Shown: positions 1-20,298 of the stretch, piece after piece
How the letters are laid out: every line of letters begins with the position of its first letter
How positions within the stretch are numbered: the stretch's first letter is position 1
DNA from: Eledone cirrhosa
Lineage: Eukaryota
Direction of reading: 5' to 3'
Assembly (NCBI GenBank): GCA_964016885.1
Contig: OZ024741.1
Span: forward strand, 179,986,001 to 180,050,000
DNA: 64,000 nucleotides
Translations under genes and position numbers: made by a program
The notes under the pieces: generated by a model
Databases searched by the model: none
What the model was told of the DNA's origin: nothing
Seen by the model: the letters and a program-made list of their open reading frames with translations, nothing else

Positions 1-54
1 CCTTCCTCCCCTTTCACGTTTGCTGCGATACTAATTGGGCACATTTTGACTCTG

Positions 55-86
<32 letters not shown>

Positions 87-99
87 AATATATATATAT

Positions 100-162
<63 letters not shown>

Positions 163-789
163 ACACTCTTTCTCTCTCTCGTTTGTTTGTCTGTTTTATT
201 TTGTTTTATTTTGTTTTATTGTCATCACACACGCATCATACCTGCAGAATTGTTTACCCGAAACTGCTCACCCCAGATACAGAGACCTCACTTTCTCGTG
301 CGAAACTACACGACCAGGGGATAGCTGACGAGGTATAACTTGTGTAACTTTAATCTCCACACCTATTGTAACTTTGGTCTCCACTTACTACTTTGAAGCT
401 AAACTCCCCCACTTGCAGATTGCGCATCAACATGAAATATTTTTCTCCACAAAGTTCGATCACAAGCAGCAGAGTTTAAATACCTTTCTTTTCATTCTCA
501 ATTTCTTAACACTCGTACATCTATTCTTAATTATCTATTCTTTCACCCACCCAACCTCATAACTTTCTGTTTCTCCGTAGTGGTCATTGGCCACTATTTT
601 CCGTAATTAGGCTTATTTTTACCCGAAATCTATGCTGTTATTATTAACGGCATTTGCCTGTTTCACAGCTTTTTCTTGCGTTTGAGTTTCCCATTTTTCT
701 ATGAACTTCATATTCCCTCAACGCTTCATTTCGAGAATTCGATACACTCAACACATACACACACACACACACACATATATATATATTAG

Positions 790-1419
<630 letters not shown>

Positions 1420-1677
1420 CATATATATATATATGCATGTAATAACCCACATTAAATCATATGAATTTAGCACTGGCTATTAAAATACTTGATGAGAAAT
1501 TTGAAGTGGGCTTAACTCTCATATCTGACCTGGGCCTATTGCCAGCTTTGCATGGACCTACATTTTACATCTAGACTAAGCCTATTACTAGCTTTGAAGG
1601 CCTGTATTTTACATCTAGATTAGGACACGTAAGAGGCTCCTTCGAGCGGCCGGGCAAGTGACACCTCCATTAGCACC

Positions 1678-1740
1678 GCAACGCTAGTTAGATATAATGC
1701 AATGCTAGTTAGATATAATGCAATGCTAGTTAGATATTAT
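1678..1740. repeat. 21-bp tandem repeat, three copies
   Basis: GCAATGCTAGTTAGATATAAT repeated about three times. Confidence 0.85.
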
Positions 1741-2129
1741 TTCGGAGGGGGTAAGTTAATAGAATACCCACATACATACAGGTTCTGAGGCTTTCTTCAT
1801 CAACCTCGATCGAGACGCCAGGACAGAACTCTGAAGACTTGTCCGAGTAATTTATATTCGTAGGTGGAATATTTATGACGGACATGATGAATTGGAGGGA
1901 GAATAGGGGCAGTTTCTCGAAAAGTAATCAGTTGCGATTATACAACTTCAGTACTTTGAAACTCATTTGTTAAACCCTAATACACAAGTAATTTTGTTGT
2001 TATTACAAGATCGTTGAATAAATTGTGGCGTTGTGATTTTATGGCTTTCAGGCTTTGTAGTTTTGTTGCAAAGAGATACGATTTACAAGCAGCGTTACTT
2101 TTCATTGGTATAAGTGTCTTTGTGTGAAT

Positions 2130-2170
2130 GATACACACATACACACATACACACATACACACATATATAT

Positions 2171-2269
<99 letters not shown>

Positions 2270-2280
2270 CATATACATAC

Positions 2281-2376
<96 letters not shown>

Positions 2377-2481
2377 ATACTTATATGTATAATAATAAAA
2401 TTAGAATTTTATTTCTCATATATATATATACATACATGCATATACATATACATATATTTATACTTATGTATATATATATAT

Positions 2482-2572
<91 letters not shown>

Positions 2573-2601
2573 CTTATGTATATATATATACATACACACA
2601 C

Positions 2602-2662
<61 letters not shown>

Positions 2663-2937
2663 CCATTGGTGGGGTAAATTAAGCCACCATCGCCTCTCTT
2701 TTAGAATCTTCTAATTGTGTATGTATGAATACGAAGATGCTATTATGTGGATTTAAAAGAAACTATTATTTATATAACTATTGTGATCATCATTAGAATT
2801 ATTATTCATATTACAATACTAATGAAATGAATACAACATCGTAAACAAGGGATGTATGATAATATGGGAGAGGGTTTTAAATAATGCTTTTTTTCTTCTT
2901 TCTTCCCTATTATGTAAACGTATACACACACATATAC

Positions 2938-2968
<31 letters not shown>

Positions 2969-2998
2969 TGTATGTATGTATGTATGTATGTATGTATG

Positions 2999-3029
<31 letters not shown>

Positions 3030-3116
3030 GTATGTATGTATGTGTGTGTGTGTATATACATATGTATATGTGTGTATGTATGTGTGTATATATACATATG
3101 TATGAATGTATGTATG

Positions 3117-3147
<31 letters not shown>

Positions 3148-3630
3148 GTATGTATGTGTGTGTGTGTGTGTATATACATAGTATATGTGTGTATGTATTT
3201 GTGTATATATACATATGTATGTATGTATGAATGTATGTATGTATGAATGTATGTATGTATGCGTGTATGTACGTAAGTATGAATGTATATATCTATGTAT
3301 GTATCTATGTGTGTTTATACGTATGTATGTGTGTATGTGTCTATGTATGTATGCATGTAGGTATGTATTAGTGTGTGTATGTATGTAAGTATGTATTTAT
3401 GTGTGCATATATGAGAGTGTGTATGTATGTATGTATATATATATATGCATGTATGTATCTATGTATGTACGTACGTACGTATGTATGTATGTATGTATGT
3501 ATGTATGTATGTATGTATGTATGTATGTATGTATGTATGTATGTATGTATCTATGTATGTACGTAAGTATGTATCTATGTATGTACGTATGATGTATGTA
3601 TGTATGTATGTATGTATGTATGTATGTATG

Positions 3631-3661
<31 letters not shown>

Positions 3662-3960
3662 GTATGTATCTACGTATGTACGTAAGTATGTATGTATGTA
3701 TGTATGTATGTATGTATGTATGTATGTATGTATGTATGTATGAATCTATGTATGTATGTATGTATGAATCTATGTATGTACGTAAGTATGTATCTATGTA
3801 TGTACGTAAGTATGTATGTATGTATGTATGTATGTATGTATGTATGTATGTATGTATGTATGTATGTATGTATGTATGTATGTAGGTAAGTAGTTAAGTA
3901 TGCACATATGTATTTATCTATATATGTATGTATGTTTGATGTATGTTTGTATGCATGTAC
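2130..3960. repeat. Compound (CA)n/(TA)n and (TATG)n microsatellite blocks
   Basis: Directly visible; a short unique island lies at about 2660-2920. Confidence 0.95.
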
Positions 3961-4084
3961 GAATGTAGTATGTATGTAATTTCCGTATTTTACAAACATA
4001 TACATAGACACACGTGTATGCATGTATGTATTCAGGGAAATAAGTATGCAAGGTAAAAGAGTAAAAGAGTATGCATGTACCATT

Positions 4085-7000
4085 ACTACACCATACCACA
4101 CAACAGCACATCATACCATACTACACCACACCACACCACACTATACCAGACAATACCTGACCATACCACAATATACCACACCAAATCTCGTCATACCACA
4201 TCATACCACACTACCCAATAGTATATCTCAGCATACCACACTATACTACACAATACCCCCACCACACCATACCATGCCATAGCACACTATACCGCACAAC
4301 ACCATACCATACCAGATCATACCATACCATACCACACCACACCACACCATATCAGACCATCCCATCACCATTCTATCACCATACCATACTATACCATTCC
4401 ACACCATACCACATCATACCATAAGACACCATACCGTTCCACAACATACCATACCACGCCACACCATACCAAACCACACCATACCATGCCACACCATACC
4501 ATCACCATACCACACCATACCACACCATACCATACCGTACCATACCACACCATACCACCAACATACCATACCATTCCACACCACACCATACCCTACCATA
4601 CAACACTACGCCATACCATACCAAAGCATACCACAACATACCATACCACACCATACCATTACCATACCACACCACACCATACCACATCATGCCATCCCAC
4701 ACAGTACCATACAACAACACACCATATACCATACCATCATCATACCACTGCCATATCATACCACACCATATCATCACCATACCACTGCCACATCATACCA
4801 CTGCCACATCATACCACACCTTATCATACGACACCACAGCATACCATACCACACCATACCATCACCATACTATACCATACCCCACCACACCATACCATCA
4901 CCATACCACACCACACCATAACATCACCATACCATACCATTACCATACCATACCATCACCATACCATACCACACCATAGCATTACCAAACCACACTACAG
5001 CATACTAAACCACACCATACTATCCTATACCTACCACACAATACCAACAACCTACCATACCATCATCATACCATACCACTCCATACTATGCCATACCATA
5101 CCTCACTATACCATACCATACCATAACACATCACAGCATACCATACCACACCATAACATCATCATGCCATACCATACCACACCTCACTATACCATACCGC
5201 ACCACACCATACCATAACACACCATACCACACCACACCATACCACATCGTACCATATCACATCATACCATTACCATACCACACAACATCATACAACACCA
5301 CACCATACCATACCATCCCATACTATACCATACCATACTACACCATACCATACTATACCATACCACACCATCACCATACCATACTCCACCATACCATACT
5401 ATACCATACTATACCATACCATACCACACCATCACCATACCATACTCCACCATACCATCACCATACCAAACCACACCATACCATACCACACTATCCCATC
5501 ACCATACCACACAATACCATTACCATACCACACTATACTATCACCATAGCATACCACATCATATCATACCATCACCATACCATCACCATACAATACCATC
5601 ACCATACCATACCACGCCATGCCATACCACTCCATACCATCAGCATACCACACCATACCATACCACACCATACCATAACCATACCACACCATGCCATACC
5701 ACTCCATGCCATCACCATACCATACCATCACCATACCATACCACACGATACCACACCATACCATACCATACAACACGATACCACACGATACCATACCCAC
5801 ACCATACCACTCCATACCAAACCACACCACACCATACCAAGCCACACCACACCACATCACACCACACCAAACCATACCACACCAAACCACACCATACCAC
5901 ACCACACCATACCACACCACACCATACCACACCACACCATACTACACCATACCACACCACACCATACCACACCACACTATACCACACCACACCACACCAC
6001 ACCATACCACACCACACCACACCACACCATACCACGCCACACCATACCACACCACACCATACTACACCATACCACACCACACCATACCACACCACACCAC
6101 ACCATACCACACCACACCACACCATACCACACCACACCATACCATACCACACCATACCACACCACACCATACTACACCATGCCACACTACACCATACCAC
6201 ACAACACCATACCACACCACACCACACCACACCATACCATACCACACCATACCACACCATACCACACCACACCATACTACACCATACCACACCACACCAT
6301 ACCACACCACACCACACCATACCACACCACACCACACCATACCACACCACACCATACCATACCACACCATACCACACCACACCATACTACACCATGCCAC
6401 ACTACACCATACCACACAACACCATACCACACCACACCACACCACACCATACCATACCACACCATACCACACCATACCACACCACACCATACTACACCAT
6501 ACCACATCACACCATACCACACCACACCACACCACACCACACCACACCATACCACACCACACCATACCACACTACACTATACCACACCACACCAGACCAC
6601 ACTATACCACACCACACCACACCACACCACACCACACCATACCACACCACACCATACCACACCACACCACACCATACCACACCACACCACACCACACCAC
6701 ACCATACCACACCACACCATACCACACCACACCATACCACACCACACCACACCATACCAATCCATACCACACCACACCATACCACACCACACCATACCAC
6801 ACCACACCATACCACACCACACCATACCACACCACACCACACCACACCACACTATACCACACCACACCACACCATACCACACCACACCATACCACACCAC
6901 ACCATACCACACCACACCACACCATACCATACCAATCCATACCACACCACACCACACCACACCACACCACACCATACCACACCACACCATACCACACCAC

Positions 7001-10000
7001 ACCACACCATACCACACCATACCACACCACACCATACCACACCACACCTCACCACACTATACCACACTACACCATACCATACCACACCATACAACAACAC
7101 ACCACACCATACCACACCATACCACACCACACCATACCACACCACACCACACCACACCATACCATACCACACCATACCACACCACACCACACCACACCAC
7201 ACCACACCATACCACACCACACCACACTACGCTATACCACACCACACCACACCACACTACGCTATACCACACCACACCACACCACACTATACCACACCAC
7301 ACCACACCACACCACACCACACCATACCACACCACACCATACCATACCACACCACACCACACCACACTATACCACACCACACCACACCATACCACACCAC
7401 ACCATACCACACCACACCATACCACACCACACCACACCATACCATACCAAACCATACCACACCACACCACACCATACCACACCATACCATACCACACCAC
7501 ACCACACCACACTATACCACACCACACCACACCATACCACACCACACCATACCACACCACACCATACCACACCACACCACACCATACCACACCACACCAC
7601 ACCATACCACACCACACCATACCATACCAAACCATACCACACCACACCACACCATACCACACCACACCATACCACACCACACCACACCATACCACACCAT
7701 ACCACACCATACCACACCACACCACACCACACCACACCACACTATACCACACTACACCATACCACACCACACCACACCACACTACACTATACCACACCAC
7801 ACCACACCACACTATACCACACCACACCACACCACACCACACCACACCATACCACACCACACCATACCACACCACACCACACCACACCACACTATACCAC
7901 ACCACACCACACCATACCACACCACACCATACCACACCACACCATACCACACCACACCACACCATACCATACCAAACCATACCACACCACACCATACCAC
8001 ACCACACCACACCATACCACACCACACCATACCACACCACACCACACCATACCACACCATACCACACCATACCACACCACACCACACTATACCACACTAC
8101 ACCATACCATACCACGCCATACAACAACACACCACAACATACCACACCATACCACACCACACCATACCACACCACACCACACCACACCACACCATACCAC
8201 ACCACACCATACCACACCACACCATACCACACCACACCACATCACACCACACCACACCTCACCACACCATACTACACCTCACCATACCATACCACACCAC
8301 ACCACACCACACCACACCACACCACACCATACCACACCACACCATACCACACCACACCACACCACACCACACCACACCATACCATACCACACCATACCAT
8401 ACCTCACCATACCACACTTCACCATACCACACTATTCCATACCACAGCATATCAAACCACACCATACCATCACTATACCACTGCCATACCACATCTCACC
8501 ATACCACACCACACCATACCATACCACACCATACCACACCACACCATACCACACCACACCATACCATCACCATACCACACCACACCATAGCACACCATCA
8601 CCATACCACACCATACCACACCATACCATCACCATACCACTCCACACCTTACCACACCACACCATACCATCACTATACCACACCATACCACACCATCACC
8701 ATACCACTCCACACCACACCACACCATACCATCACCATACCATCACAATACCACTCCACACCTTACCACACCACACCATACCATCACCATACCACTGCCA
8801 TATTATACCACACCATCACCATACCACACCATACCACACCATACCATCATCATACGACACCATACCACACCATACCATCACCATACCACTGCCATATTAT
8901 ACCACACCATCACCATACCACACCATACCACACCATACCATCATCATACGACACCATACCACACCATACCACACCATACCATTACCATACCACTCCACAC
9001 CTTACCACACCACACCATACCATCACTATACCACACCATACCACACCATCACCATACCACACCATCACCATACCACACCATACCATCACCATACCATCAC
9101 AATACCACTCCACACCTTACCACACCACACCATACCATCACCATACCACTGCCATATTATACCACACCATCACCATACCACACCATACCACACCATACCA
9201 TCATCATACGACACCATACCACACCATACCATCACCATACCACTACCATATTATACCACACCATCACCATACCACACCATACCATCATCATACGACACCA
9301 TACCACACCATACCACACCATACCATCACCATGCCACTCCACACCTTACCGCACCACACCATACCATCACCATACCACTGCCATATTATACCACACCATC
9401 ACCATCACCATACCACACCATACCACACGACACCATACCATCACGATACCACTCCACACCTTACCACACCACACCATACCACACCATACCACTGCCATAT
9501 TATACCACACCATCACCATACCACACCACACCATACCATCACCATACCACTTCACACCTTACCACACCACACCATACCACACCATACCACTGCCATATTA
9601 TACCACACCATCACCATACCACACCACACCAAACCATCACCTTACCACTCCACACCTTACCACACCATACCATCACCATACCATCACCATACCACTCCAC
9701 ACCATACCACACCACACCATACCAACACCATACCACTGCCATATTATACCACACCATCACCATACCACACCATACCACACCATACCATCATCATACGACA
9801 CCATACCACACCATACCATCACCATACCACACCATACCACACGACACCATACCATCACCATACCACTCCACACCACACCACACGACACCATACCATCACC
9901 ATACCACTCCACACCTTACCACACCACACCATACCATCACCATACCACTGCCATATTATACCACACCTTACCATACCACACCACACCACACCATACCATC

Positions 10001-11497
10001 ACCATACCACTCCACACCTTACCACACCACACCATACCATCACCATACCACTGCCATATTATACCACACCTTACCATACCACACCATACCACACCTTACC
10101 ATCACCATACCACTCCACACCTTACCACACCACACCATACCATCACCATACCACTGCCATATTATACCACACCTTACCATACCACACCACACCATACCAT
10201 CACCATACCACTCCACACCACACCACACCACACCATACCATCACCATACCACTGCCATATTATACCACACCATCACCATACCACACCACACCATACCATC
10301 ACCATACCACTCCACACCACACCACACCACACCATACCATCACCATACCACTGCCATATTATACCACACCATCACCATACCACACCATACCACACGACAC
10401 CATACCATCACCATACCACTCCACACCACACCACACCACACCATACCATCACCATACCACTCCACACCTTACCACACTACACCATACCATCACCATACCA
10501 CTGCCATATTATACCACACCTTACCATACCACACCACACCACACCATACCATCACCATACCACTCCACACCTTACCACACCACACCATACCATCACCATA
10601 CCACTGCCATATTATACCACACCTTACCATACCACACCACACCATACCATCACCATACCACTCCACACCACACCACACCACACCATACCATCACCATACC
10701 ACTGCCATATTATACCACACCTTACCATACCACACCACACCACACCATACCATCACCATACCACTCCACACCTTACCACACCACACCATACCATCACCAT
10801 ACCACTGCCATATTATACCACACCTTACCATACCACACCACACCATACCATCACCATACCACTCCACACCTTACCACACCACACCATACCATCACCATAC
10901 CACTCCACACCTTACCACACCACACCAAACCATCACCATACCACTCCACACCTTACCACACCACACCATACCATCACCATACCACTCCACACCTTACCAC
11001 ACCACACCATACCATCACCATACCACTGCCATATTATACCACACCTTACCACACCACACCATACCATCACCATACCACTGCCATATTATACCACACCTTA
11101 CCACACCACACCATACCATCACCATACCACTCCACACCTTACCACACCACACCATACCATCACCATACCACTGCCATATTATACCACACCTTACCACACC
11201 ACACCATACCATCACCATACCACTGCCATATTATACCACACCTTACCACACCACACCATACCATCACCATACCACTGCCATATTATACCACACCTTACCA
11301 CACCACACCATACCATCACCATACCACTGCCATATTATACCACACCTTACCACACCACACCATACCATCACCATACCACTGCCATATTATACCACACCTT
11401 ACCACACCACACCATACCATCACCATACCACTGCCATATTATACCACACCTTACCACACCACACCATACCATCACCATACCACTGCCATATTATACC
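4085..11497. repeat. About 7.4-kb (ACCAC/ACCAT)n pentanucleotide-derived satellite with higher-order repeats
   Basis: Nearly pure ACCAY core at about 5880-8400. A 215-bp higher-order repeat is marked at 6179 and 6394. The right end has a 52-bp unit, ACCACACCTTACCACACCACACCATACCATCACCATACCACTGCCATATTAT. Confidence 0.95.
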
Positions 11498-11629
11498 AAT
11501 CCGACATATTTTTCTCCGCCTTTCATAGAATCTAATATTGAAACCATGGTAACTAAATAAGATATTGGCATTTATTGTCAGAAATTAGAAAGCTAGATAG
11601 ATAGGTAGATAGGTGGATAGTATAGAGGG

Positions 11630-15425
<3,796 letters not shown>

Positions 15426-15519
15426 TATATATGTGCGATAAGGTTTTAACAGCCACATCAATGTAAAAAAAGAAATGAAAAACTTAGGTTTGTGTGGCTG
15501 TTATATCATCTTAATTATT

Positions 15520-15990
15520 ATCACCACTAACATCACCATCAGCATTACCACCATTATCATCATACTCATCATCACCACCACCACCATTATCATCATCAAC
15601 ATCATTGTCATCTTCCTCATCATCACCAACACCACCACCACCACCACCATTATCATCATCGTCACCACCACCATCACAAATCACCATTATCATCATGAAA
15701 TTTATTGTCATCATCATAATCACCACCACCACCACCACCACCACCACCACCGCCATTATCATCATCGACATCATCACCACCACCACCACCACCACCACCA
15801 CCACCACCATTATCAACACCACCACCACCACCACCACCGCCATTATCATCATCAACATCATCACCACCACCACCACCACCACCATTATCAACACCACCAC
15901 CACCACCACCACCACCACTATCAACACCACCATCACCACCATTATCATCATCAACATTATTATCATCATCCTCATCATTATCAATCTTAT
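15520..15990. repeat. (CAC/CAT)n trinucleotide low-complexity tract
   Basis: Directly visible; the poly-His/Thr translations are artefacts. Confidence 0.9.
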
Positions 15991-16365
15991 CAATATAAAT
16001 TGATATTATTAACAGCTTTAATTGCTGTCAAATAGTTCCAACTGGAGATCGAAACCAGGTCAAACCCCTCACTTCCTGTACGATTACTGATAACGTTGAC
16101 TTCATGAAGATGTAGTCCAATGGTTTTTAAACTAATCTCAAAATCGAGTAAGCCATAGCTATATGTTTTAGACGACTTCCACCTCCTTAATTTTGAAAAG
16201 ATATTCAATGAAAGAAAGATTGCTTTAGTGAGATTATTTGCTCATATAAGAAAAAAAACAATACATTTTTTTTTTTGATCATGCAAACCTACGATCAAAG
16301 CTATTCCAGCCATATCAAATACGTCACACACACACACACACACACACACACTAGCTTTCTCTTTT

Positions 16366-16506
<141 letters not shown>

Positions 16507-16749
16507 ATATGTGTGTGTGTATATATATATATATATGATTAAAAAAAAAACACGGAAGACACACACACACACATATATATATATTTATAGATAGATATGT
16601 ATGTATATCTATGAATGTTACCTTTCTGGTTTATGATGTCGGGTGTCATTTGAGATCGATTTGGCTGCTATTTCTAGCAAATAGAGCAACCATGGATCCG
16701 CCCCCCTCGTTGTATTATGAAAGTCTTAACGATATTGTTTGATGTAATC

Positions 16750-16855
16750 CGAATGGTTAGGGTGTTAAACTCACAGTTATAAGGTTGTGGATTCGATTAA
16801 AGGATCCTGCGCCGCGTTGTGTTCTTGAGTAAGACGCTTCATATCCCGTTGCTTT
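16750..16855 (+). mobile_element. tRNA-derived SINE head (second SINE family, decayed)
   Basis: GGTTAGGGTGTT...GGATTCGATT...GCGTTGTGTTCTTGAGTAAGACGCTT; the same head occurs in the copies at about 23.0 kb and 29.8 kb. Confidence 0.55.
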
Positions 16856-17374
16856 TCATGATAGAAGTGAGACTCCTATCATTAAAACACCCAATATATT
16901 TCCTATGGAATGCAGCCTCGTAGGAGGCCAGGGTAAGCTAAACCTACATAGGTATGATCTGTAGCACCATTATATTAGGACAGGGGCATTCGATTGTATC
17001 AAATATCCGTGCATGGAGCGATAGAGCAAAACCAAAGCGATTTACTCCCAAAATTCTTAATATTTCAAAGGTGTTACTATCATCATCATCATTTGACTGC
17101 AGTGTCAGACGGCCACAATCCTTCTCTCTCAACTACAGCTTTCACAATCCAACGTGGCTCTGTGGTCATTTGATTAGCCCTGTCCACTGTTTCACTAAAA
17201 CTCTTCTCCGCCCATTACAGTTTTCATAATCAGTTGTGGTGCTGTGGTCCGGTCATTGTTAGCCCTGATCATTGTTTGACAGCAGTATAAGAAGACCACA
17301 ACTCTACCATCCTCCCATTACAGCGTTCACAATCAGTTGTTGTCCTGTGGTCGGGGGATTAGCTCTGGTCTTTG

Positions 17375-18350
17375 ATGGAATTTGAATCTATAGACGGAAT
17401 GTGAACAAAACCCGGAACAAATACCGCAAAGCATCTCGTCGGACGCTCTATCAACTCTGCCAATCCACTATCTACCTGGATTTGCGCTTTATTTTATTGA
17501 CTCCGAAAGGGTGAAAGGAAAAAAGTTGATTTCAGTGGGATTTGAACTAGGAGGGCATAGAATCAAGACAGATACCACAAGATAGTTTAGCTGGCGCTCT
17601 TACGAACCCGGCCCATTCGCCTAGTTGGTAAATAATAGTTTTTGGTATAGGGAGAAGGCCAGCAAATTTGGTGATGGGGCAGAAAAGTTGATTATATTGA
17701 CCTCCGATATTTGACTAGCGCTTTATTGTATCGATACTGGAAGGGTGAAAGGCAAAAATTGTCGGTGGTGGGATTTGAATTCGGATCATAAATAGCCGGA
17801 ACAAATACTGCAAACCATTTGACCAACGTTGTAACGAATCTGTATATTTTTCGCATTGATCCATGGACCCGTAACTCTTGATGGAATCGTGGGGATGCCG
17901 TTGTGACACAATCAATTTCTTCCCGAGACGAAAAAGGCATAGACAGAGACAGAGAGAAAGTACGAAAGATATTTAGAGGAAAAATCAAGCCAAGTACTGG
18001 ACGGGTACTTTTTATCGACTTCGAAAGGATAAAAGACAAAGCTGGCCCCGTCGGGATTACAGAGAAACGGAATGAATACCGCAAATCCTTCTATCCGACG
18101 TTCTAATGACTCTGCCAATTCACCGCATGTGGCGTTGATAAATAATTCTTTCTAACATTGGCACAAGGCCTCTAATTTCGGGGAAGAGAACAATTGATTA
18201 TATCAACTTCAGTAATTTAACTGGTACTTTATCGACCCAAGAATAATGAAAAAAAATTTGACCACGATGGTTTTGAACTCAGCACGTAAGGAACCATAAC
18301 TAAATACCGCAAAACCTGCCGGTGCTCCAATGATTCTACCAATTACCACC
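17375..18350 (-). mobile_element. Cluster of 4-5 old tRNA-derived SINE copies
   Basis: Repeated TTTATCGAC...GAAAGG.TGAAAGGC...GGATTTGAACTC motifs (B box in reverse) at about 17400, 17500, 17740, 18010 and 18230. Confidence 0.75.
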
Positions 18351-19020
18351 CTCTCGTTGATAAATAATGAACACCTCGATCAACACAGTCATGGCCACCT
18401 GAATCAACAGAAAACAGTTCCTAATAACTGGATATTTGTTTTTCCTTCAAATTACAAACAACAAAGGTTTGCTTTCGTTTCAAATGAAATATAGATTCAC
18501 TGTATCAACCGATGATAATCTCGAGTTTCATTTCTTTGAAGAACTCACAATATGAATCTGTTTTTCAGATCAAAGTGGCTTATTATTAGTTTTTAGTGGT
18601 TGGCAGCTGCTGCTAAGTAACAGAACTCCTTAAAACCCAGGCTATACCTGGTCAAAGCTTGAAAAAAGCTGCTAAAAGCACATCAATATTTCTCTAATCG
18701 GAAGTAAGCAGAATAGCCAAAAAATCGTGCTATTTTTATTTAGAATAACATTCATGTATTTATTTGAGATAGACTTAATTTGGAAACTTCTTTATATTTG
18801 TTGTGTCCACATTGTAGCAAGACAGAATTTTCGTTTGAATTTGAAAATATGCCAAATGGAAGAAAAGAGCACAAATCGAAAATGAAGAGTGAAACAAGAC
18901 AACTGTTAGGTAGTCTTGGTAAGGAGTTGGAACGTAGAGTGGAGTGTGTGTGTATTAGTATCGTTATATGTGTGAATGTAAGTGTATGCTTATATATGTA
19001 TATATATATATGTATGCTTA

Positions 19021-19122
<102 letters not shown>

Positions 19123-19140
19123 TGTATGTGTGTATGCTTA

Positions 19141-19190
<50 letters not shown>

Positions 19191-19469
19191 AATAAAAATG
19201 GCGTAGGCATTACAATACAACGGGAGGAAACAATAGTACCACTGATGATGTAACAGATGTGTGACGAAAGAACTTTGATAGACTATATATATATATATAT
19301 GTTTATATCTGTATTTTTAATCGTTGGTCAATAAATGATAAACATTGATTGCCAGATAAATTAACTATGGAGATATAAAAGATACAGAAGCGAAAACCAA
19401 TCCGAACCAAACAGTGAGTGTGTTCTATTATTATTTCTGGCAATATTATAACAATATGACCCTCCCCAA

Positions 19470-19505
<36 letters not shown>

Positions 19506-19506
<1 letters not shown>

Positions 19507-19680
19507 CATGGACACACTAGAAGAGGAAGACCAAGGTTAACATATGTTGATGCCCTAAGGACAGACACTGGTCTGTTGGAGATGCAGGATATGGCAGCGA
19601 TAATGAGGGACAGAGACCGCTGGAGAGAACTCGTCCATGGATCTCGGGAATTTTACCCGCCTTAGATAGATAGATAGATA
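19506..19680 (+). mobile_element. 3' end of an RTE/RTE-X LINE with a (GATA)n tail
   Basis: HGHTRRGRPRLTYVDALRTDTG...MRDRDRWR is a typical RTE C-terminus; the stop at 19665 is followed directly by (ATAG)n. Confidence 0.75.
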
Positions 19681-19691
19681 TATATATATAA

Positions 19692-19891
19692 CGAAGGAAA
19701 TGTGGTAAGGAACCAGGTGGACCATAACGCACCAAAGTACTCGATACTTAGGGTAGTAGAGTGGGTAATAGGAACAAGTAAGACCCCGACGGCTGAGCTC
19801 AAGCCGTTTCGACGGCTAATTCTGTACTCTAATTCTGTACAGAATTAGCCGTCGAAACGGCTTGAGCTCAGCCGTCGGGGTCTTACTTGTT

Positions 19892-19932
<41 letters not shown>

Positions 19933-19980
19933 CTGTCGAAACGACCGGAGCGCAGCCGTTGGGGTCCCGACTATTTTCCC
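19692..19980. mobile_element. Penelope-like pLTR fragment with a perfect 60-bp inverted repeat and 3' half-hammerheads
   Basis: Arms 19768-19827 and 19837-19896 are exact reverse complements and contain GAAA-CGGCT...AGCCG-TC-GGGGTC. A diverged third copy lies at 19931-19980, and the element is embedded in (TA)n. Confidence 0.55.
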
Positions 19981-20047
<67 letters not shown>

Positions 20048-20094
20048 CGTGTGTGCGTGTGTGCGCGTGCGTGCGTGTGTGCGTGTGTGTGTGT

Positions 20095-20128
20095 ATCTTA
20101 GTCTTAGTTTCTTCCCCGCCGTGCGCGC

Positions 20129-20166
<38 letters not shown>

Positions 20167-20266
20167 GTGCGTGTGTGTGTGTGTGCGTGCGTCCGTGCGT
20201 GTGTGTGTGTATCTTAGTCTTAGTTTCTTCCCCGCCGTGCGTGTGTGTGTGTGTGTGTGCGTATGC

Positions 20267-20298
<32 letters not shown>

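Noticed and set aside
316-412. CTGACGA with a possible hammerhead fold
   Set aside because: GAAA and stem III are not intact and stem II is unconvincing; at most a decayed remnant.
5691-11535. 1945-aa, 1713-aa and 803-aa His/Thr/Pro-rich ORFs
   Set aside because: Long ORFs occur in all three + frames because the ACCAY satellite rarely forms stop codons; there is no codon structure or domain.
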